Shown here: positions 59,627 to 64,000 of the stretch, in pieces
Layout of the letters: each line of letters starts with the position of its first letter
How positions within the stretch are numbered: the stretch's first letter is position 1
Origin: Leidyana gryllorum EB-2025a
Taxonomy: Eukaryota > Protista > Apicomplexa
Reading direction: 5' to 3'
Length of the DNA: 64,000 bases
Assembly: GCA_048772705.1 (NCBI GenBank)
Contig: JBLWGC010000213.1
Location: 124,001-188,000, forward strand
The notes under the pieces: model-generated
Told to the model about the DNA's origin: nothing
Seen by the model: only the letters and a program-made list of their open reading frames with translations
The model's database searches: none
Position numbers and translations under genes: made by a program

Positions 59627-61311
59627 TCAAGTGGATTTGACAAATCGCATATTGGGAATATGGAGAATCTGAGCTGTGCAGTCGTCGTCCTGGAGTTCAC
59701 AGAGCGTGTAAAGCCCCTGTGCGGCTCGGAGAGTGGGATATTTCTCTGACTCCCGAGTGAACTTTATTCGTCGATGGTACGGCTCGTCGCTATTGCCGCT
59801 CAAGGCAACCGGACGCCCCTTACCTCTCGTTCCGGAGAGTGCTCGTATCAGCTGTACGAGGTGGTCCGGTTGTAACGACAGTTTGTTACTCGACTTTCCG
59901 AGCTCGAGGAATGCGGCGCCTTGGTCTGCCTTATCATTATCTGCCTTCTTTGGGAGGCCCTTCGGGGTAGCGAAGAAGAAGTTCCACCAATGCGTAGGCG
60001 TGTAGCTTTGGTCTACGACGTGGCCTTGAGTCACTGCATCGTAAACGCCGTCGGTCGCGGTCTGTCAACAAGTCAACATGAGATTCGCTCGATTCCTCAC
60101 GCCAATGCTCACCAACAAAAAGACGTCCGATCCGGGGTGGGGCTCCAGCTTCACTCGTCGGATGGGAGGCCCTTCCATCCACGTGGAGACCGTTGGTAAC
60201 ATCAGTTGCCAATCTCCAAAACCACACGACGGTTGTAGCATACCTGGAGATTCCTCCCAGCCGGCCTCCATGAAGTATCCAGCGATAACTGACTTCACTG
60301 ACACCGTTCTGAAACCCCAATAATACGGTATCATCAATCCGAAGCTGTCAAACGGCCCGTTTGCTAATTTCAAGTCTTTGATCAGAGACTTGTTAGGGCA
60401 GGGCGCTCGGAAAGGCTCGTGCCCGAGATCAACATGGCACCAATTCACATTCTGAGGGAAGAGGCCCTGATACCACTTCGGTAGGAACATCACGGCCGTG
60501 TCGGGTCTGAGTCAACTGTTGAAGAAGCGAATCTTCAAATCACTTACCCCGGTGTCTCATACTGTGGCGTGTCTTTCGTGATAATACAATTGACGAACTC
60601 TCGACTCCAAGCAATGTATCCGTGCCTCAGGAATCTATCCACAATCTTCCGTCGAGTGGGCTCACTCGAATGCACGTTCTGTTCTTCCGACAACGTAACC
60701 AGTGCATGAATGCTAGAGGACTGTTCCGCGTGATCCACTTGGAATGCTGTCGCGATTGAGTCACCCCAATTCGTAGACGTCATTGTGATGCCCTCAGGTG
60801 TCTGTTCCAGTAGCACCCATGTACCCGTCGATCCACCGTGCTTGAGTTTTGATAAATTCGTCTTGAACATAGCCTTGCTGAGGCTGATCATTGAATGGTA
60901 GAGCGCTTGTCCACCGTCATTGCCGAGAGCATATTTTGTGAAATGTGCAGCAGCGTTGGCCGCAACATACGCTGAGAATAACTCGCCTTGTGTTCCATGC
61001 CCATCAGCAATGACCAACAGCATTCTTTGATGTGTTGACTCATCCCCTATACAAGTTGACGAGAATTGATCTTGGTTTCCGTAACCCCTCTGGTTCAGCT
61101 TCGTGAATTGGGTCAATGTAATGTTGCCCAAATGAGTCCCTGGACCGCAATCTACTGGGGACAGCAACCGCATCGCGTCGGGTCCGGCTGTGTGAACATA
61201 GTCCAGTGTATGGGCAACTGTGAGCTTCGGGAAGGGACCCTTCGTATGCTTGCCATGCAAAGCTTCAACCCATCGCCCCAGAGCCAAGGCGGCTAATACG
61301 AAAACCAACAT
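59627..61311 (-). CDS. secreted PP2C/PPM-family protein phosphatase, multi-exon
   Basis: Signal peptide MLVFVLAALALGRWVEA; NQDQF, VIADGHG, NWGDS, GFGD, spliced FLLTATDGVYDAV, DDDCTAQIL. Confidence 0.85.
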
Positions 61312-61381
61312 TGGGGGTGCACCTGCCGCACATCTTAATGATGATAATTGTAAGCGACCGTAATATCACACACGTGTGTCG

Positions 61382-62001
61382 ATGGACGTAACTACTAGCG
61401 CAAGGCCGCCGATCGCCCCTCCGCCGTTTCCTAATGCTGAGCGACTTACAAAAAATGCTCCCACTGGTCAACAACGACTGGCCATTGCTCTGGCCATTGG
61501 CGTCCCCCTATTGGATGCTGTAGGCATATACGTACTGATAGTGTCTTGGAATCAGTACTGTGATGGTCCTCTGCGAACATGGATAATTGGATCAAGTGAG
61601 TCGAGTACGTTGGATTTGCTCCAGATCTGCTGCAGTTTTATTAGTAAGTCCGATACCAGTCGTTGAAAATGGTGTGCTAGTCCACCCCTGCTTCATTATT
61701 TCTATTTCTCAATCGGAAACCATTTCCTCAAATGATTGCCATGGAAGCAGGCATGACAGCGGTGAGAGACTGATTGCTGCGCTCGGTGGTGACTGGATTT
61801 CAGGCTTGCTTGCTGTGGAATGCGGTGGGGAGCTTTTTGCTCGAGCAAGGAACAATCTGTCAATTCACTGCACCTGCCTTATGGTGGAGCGTCTTCATGT
61901 CAACACTGGTTTCGACTTCTGTGATTATGGGCTTTCTGGCTATGCTGATGCTATTTACAGTGTTACAGATGGTCTTGTCAGGAGGTCGAAATCCCATCTG
62001 A
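61382..62001 (+). CDS. small 4-TM membrane protein, multi-exon
   Basis: TM segments with CDGPLRTWIIG and GTICQFTAPALWW motifs; GT-AG introns. Confidence 0.65.
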
Positions 62002-62074
62002 ACATGCGAACGTACCTTGCTTCTGCTACCTCGTAGCATGCAATCGTAGTGCATGTGATAATCACCAGGATTGT

Positions 62075-63667
62075 ATGGTCAGCTCCGAGATGCGTATGAA
62101 GCCGCTGGGACACGGATCAGGAGGTCCGAGCCTGCGCGAGAAACATCCAGATGCGCGATGTGTATCTGTCACGACTCCTGCGGTTCCACTGGTCGCAGGA
62201 CAGAATCCTTGCATACCACCTCGAAGTGTTGTAGCGATGGCCCACGCACAAGTTGGCCTGCAAGGCCCTGTCCCTCCCAATCAGGCGCGCCCAGACATCA
62301 TGCTTCAAAAAGCTGGGGCTACGCAGACTAGGACCTTGAAAGATCCAGTCAAGAAGCAGACTGACGGTCGGTCAAAACAATCATCTACCCCGCCTGCCCC
62401 TATAATCTCTAACACCCCACCGTCAAAGGTGCCGACTCCTATGGGCGCGTCTCCGGCGAGAATAGTCTCCCCGTCTGGTTTGCAGGGCGAGGTTGCTACT
62501 CCTAGTTTCTTATCATCTCCTTCGAACGGGCACCGAAATCTCACGCGAGGCGCGAACCTCAGCCAGTCACAATTCCACTTACCCACCACATATGATATCC
62601 CTCCCAATCTCACAATTCCTCAACCGCCGAGCGCTATGGGAATGCCTCCCAGCACACCGTTCCTGATACCAGGCAAAACGACTGTGGTCGCCACCCCAAT
62701 GAAGAATTATAAGCTACCCGACAACTCTCCGTCACCGAAAGACATCCTCGAGGAAGGTTTGCGACAATACCTGCATCACAAATCCTACGCTCAATCGGAG
62801 TTGAGTGATGGCCGAAGCTCTCACTGCTCGCCACCAACCCTTCACCCATCTCCAACTGGGATGAGACCACCGCAATTCGCGTCTGCCCATACAGTGACCC
62901 CTTTCCCACCCGATCTGGCAGCTAAAGCGTGGCGGCCGTATTGCGAGCCTTGTCCGTGGGAGGATCCTCCTCCTGCACCAACTCGCAAAGCCCGTCATGG
63001 CGCATGTGCGGATTGGTTGGGGGAGACAGAGGATTCTCAAGCCACTTCTGAACAAGAAAGCGAGTATGCTGACGAGGCTCTGATTGGCTGCTTCTTGAAG
63101 AATATGAAGAAAAAGGTACGCAAAGGGTTGCGTACTGTCAAGCGAGCAGTTGTTTCGCCACCCAAAGACAAAGGTCTATTTCTGCAAACATGGAGTCAGC
63201 GAGAAGCCGAGCTCGATAAGTTCTCCAGTTCTATGCAGAAAGCGGTTAGAACGGATCATGGCATCCGTGCCTACCCTCCATGCGTACCTGCAAGCCTTGC
63301 CAATGCTCCCAAAACTCCAGATTGGAACAAACTCGAAGATCTACTGATGACTGAATTCAAGTACCCACCACCTGATATGACTGACGAAGAGCTGGATCAC
63401 TACGAAGATTGGCTTTCTACTTTGACTCCGCAACAAGCTCTGTATTGGCGCTTACACGCGGTCCGTACACACCGATCTAAGCTGATTATGAAGTGTATCA
63501 AGAAAGATATTGACGAGCGCAAGAAGGCGACGCAGTCGCAAGACGAAGCCAACGCTCGTTTGACACGAAACGCTTCTGGCTCAATGACTCCTGGCACCAG
63601 CAATATCTCAGGGGCGGCCACTCCCGCTCTCATCCCAGGTAAGACTGCTTCAAGAGGACATGCATGA
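62075..63667 (+). CDS. hypothetical Pro/Ser-rich protein with helical C-terminal region (530 aa)
   Basis: Long uninterrupted ATG-initiated ORF. Confidence 0.75.
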   Translation: MVSSEMRMKPLGHGSGGPSLREKHPDARCVSVTTPAVPLVAGQNPCIPPRSVVAMAHAQVGLQGPVPPNQARPDIMLQKAGATQTRTLKDPVKKQTDGRSKQSSTPPAPIISNTPPSKVPTPMGASPARIVSPSGLQGEVATPSFLSSPSNGHRNLTRGANLSQSQFHLPTTYDIPPNLTIPQPPSAMGMPPSTPFLIPGKTTVVATPMKNYKLPDNSPSPKDILEEGLRQYLHHKSYAQSELSDGRSSHCSPPTLHPSPTGMRPPQFASAHTVTPFPPDLAAKAWRPYCEPCPWEDPPPAPTRKARHGACADWLGETEDSQATSEQESEYADEALIGCFLKNMKKKVRKGLRTVKRAVVSPPKDKGLFLQTWSQREAELDKFSSSMQKAVRTDHGIRAYPPCVPASLANAPKTPDWNKLEDLLMTEFKYPPPDMTDEELDHYEDWLSTLTPQQALYWRLHAVRTHRSKLIMKCIKKDIDERKKATQSQDEANARLTRNASGSMTPGTSNISGAATPALIPGKTASRGHA

Positions 63668-64000
63668 GCGTTCTACTATAGATCCTAACAGTGGCATGTG
63701 TACTCTTCCCGGCGAGAAGCAAAGGCGAGTGCACCATGTTATCTGTCCCGCGATCGAGAACTGGCCAAAAGTCACCCCGGCAGAGGAAGCGGTCACTTGC
63801 GAACTTGAGCGCCAATTCGCCACCATCTCCTTCCGCAAGTGGGCTACTGCCGAGCAGATCCGGTTTCTGGACGGTGCCATGCCGTGGTTGAAGAAACGCG
63901 GCTGCAGGTTCACAAGGGAGTGTCAATGGACTGAACGTCAATCGGAGATGTTCCATGACGCTTGGGCTGGACGGCTTGTGTGAGTTTCAAAGCTTTTCGT
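63660..64000 (+). CDS. hypothetical protein, possibly continuing beyond the window
   Basis: ORF 63660-63983 with a GTGAGT donor near its end; start overlaps the previous stop (ATGCATGA). Confidence 0.45.

Noticed and set aside
1-64000. CRISPR arrays, rRNA, tRNA, spliceosomal snRNAs, transposons, non-standard genetic code
   Set aside because: None recognised by eye, and all three stop codons end conserved genes; tRNAscan-SE and Infernal would be needed to exclude divergent RNAs

Overview
This is gene-dense eukaryotic nuclear DNA with short GT-AG introns (mostly 35-62 nt) and intergenic gaps often only 9-50 bp, including some overlaps. Gene content suggests a gregarine- or Cryptosporidium-like apicomplexan: Plasmodium-style HP1, a giant sushi/Cys-repeat/LNR surface protein, a GH77 glucan enzyme and a secreted PP2C. 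This taxonomy is inference. The ORF track fragments or misses many genes, so I rebuilt about 30 gene models by hand from splice sites. Housekeeping genes include PAP, OLA1, RPS13, STE24, RAE1, NEMF, BUD13, PRP38, NAXD, a PIG-Y-like gene and a mitochondrial carrier. The main points of interest are: (1) a spliced single gene fusing an N-terminal F-BAR domain to a PATROL1/Munc13-type MUN domain, about 2 kb from a syntaxin-17-like SNARE; (2) a chromatin trio of a DEK_C-like microprotein, a very divergent intron-containing H2B lacking the K120 ubiquitination site, and a ~1445-aa atypical SET protein whose stop overlaps the H2B stop; (3) a candidate structured, possibly pseudoknotted ncRNA in the only large intergenic gap; (4) head-to-head genes with ATGs 21-32 bp apart sharing an A/T tract; (5) a MalQ/DPE1-type 4-alpha-glucanotransferase with a ~210-aa insertion; (6) RRL (TEXEL-like) motifs in secreted proteins. 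I recognised no tRNA, rRNA, CRISPR array or transposon. All homology calls come from motif recognition, not database searches.
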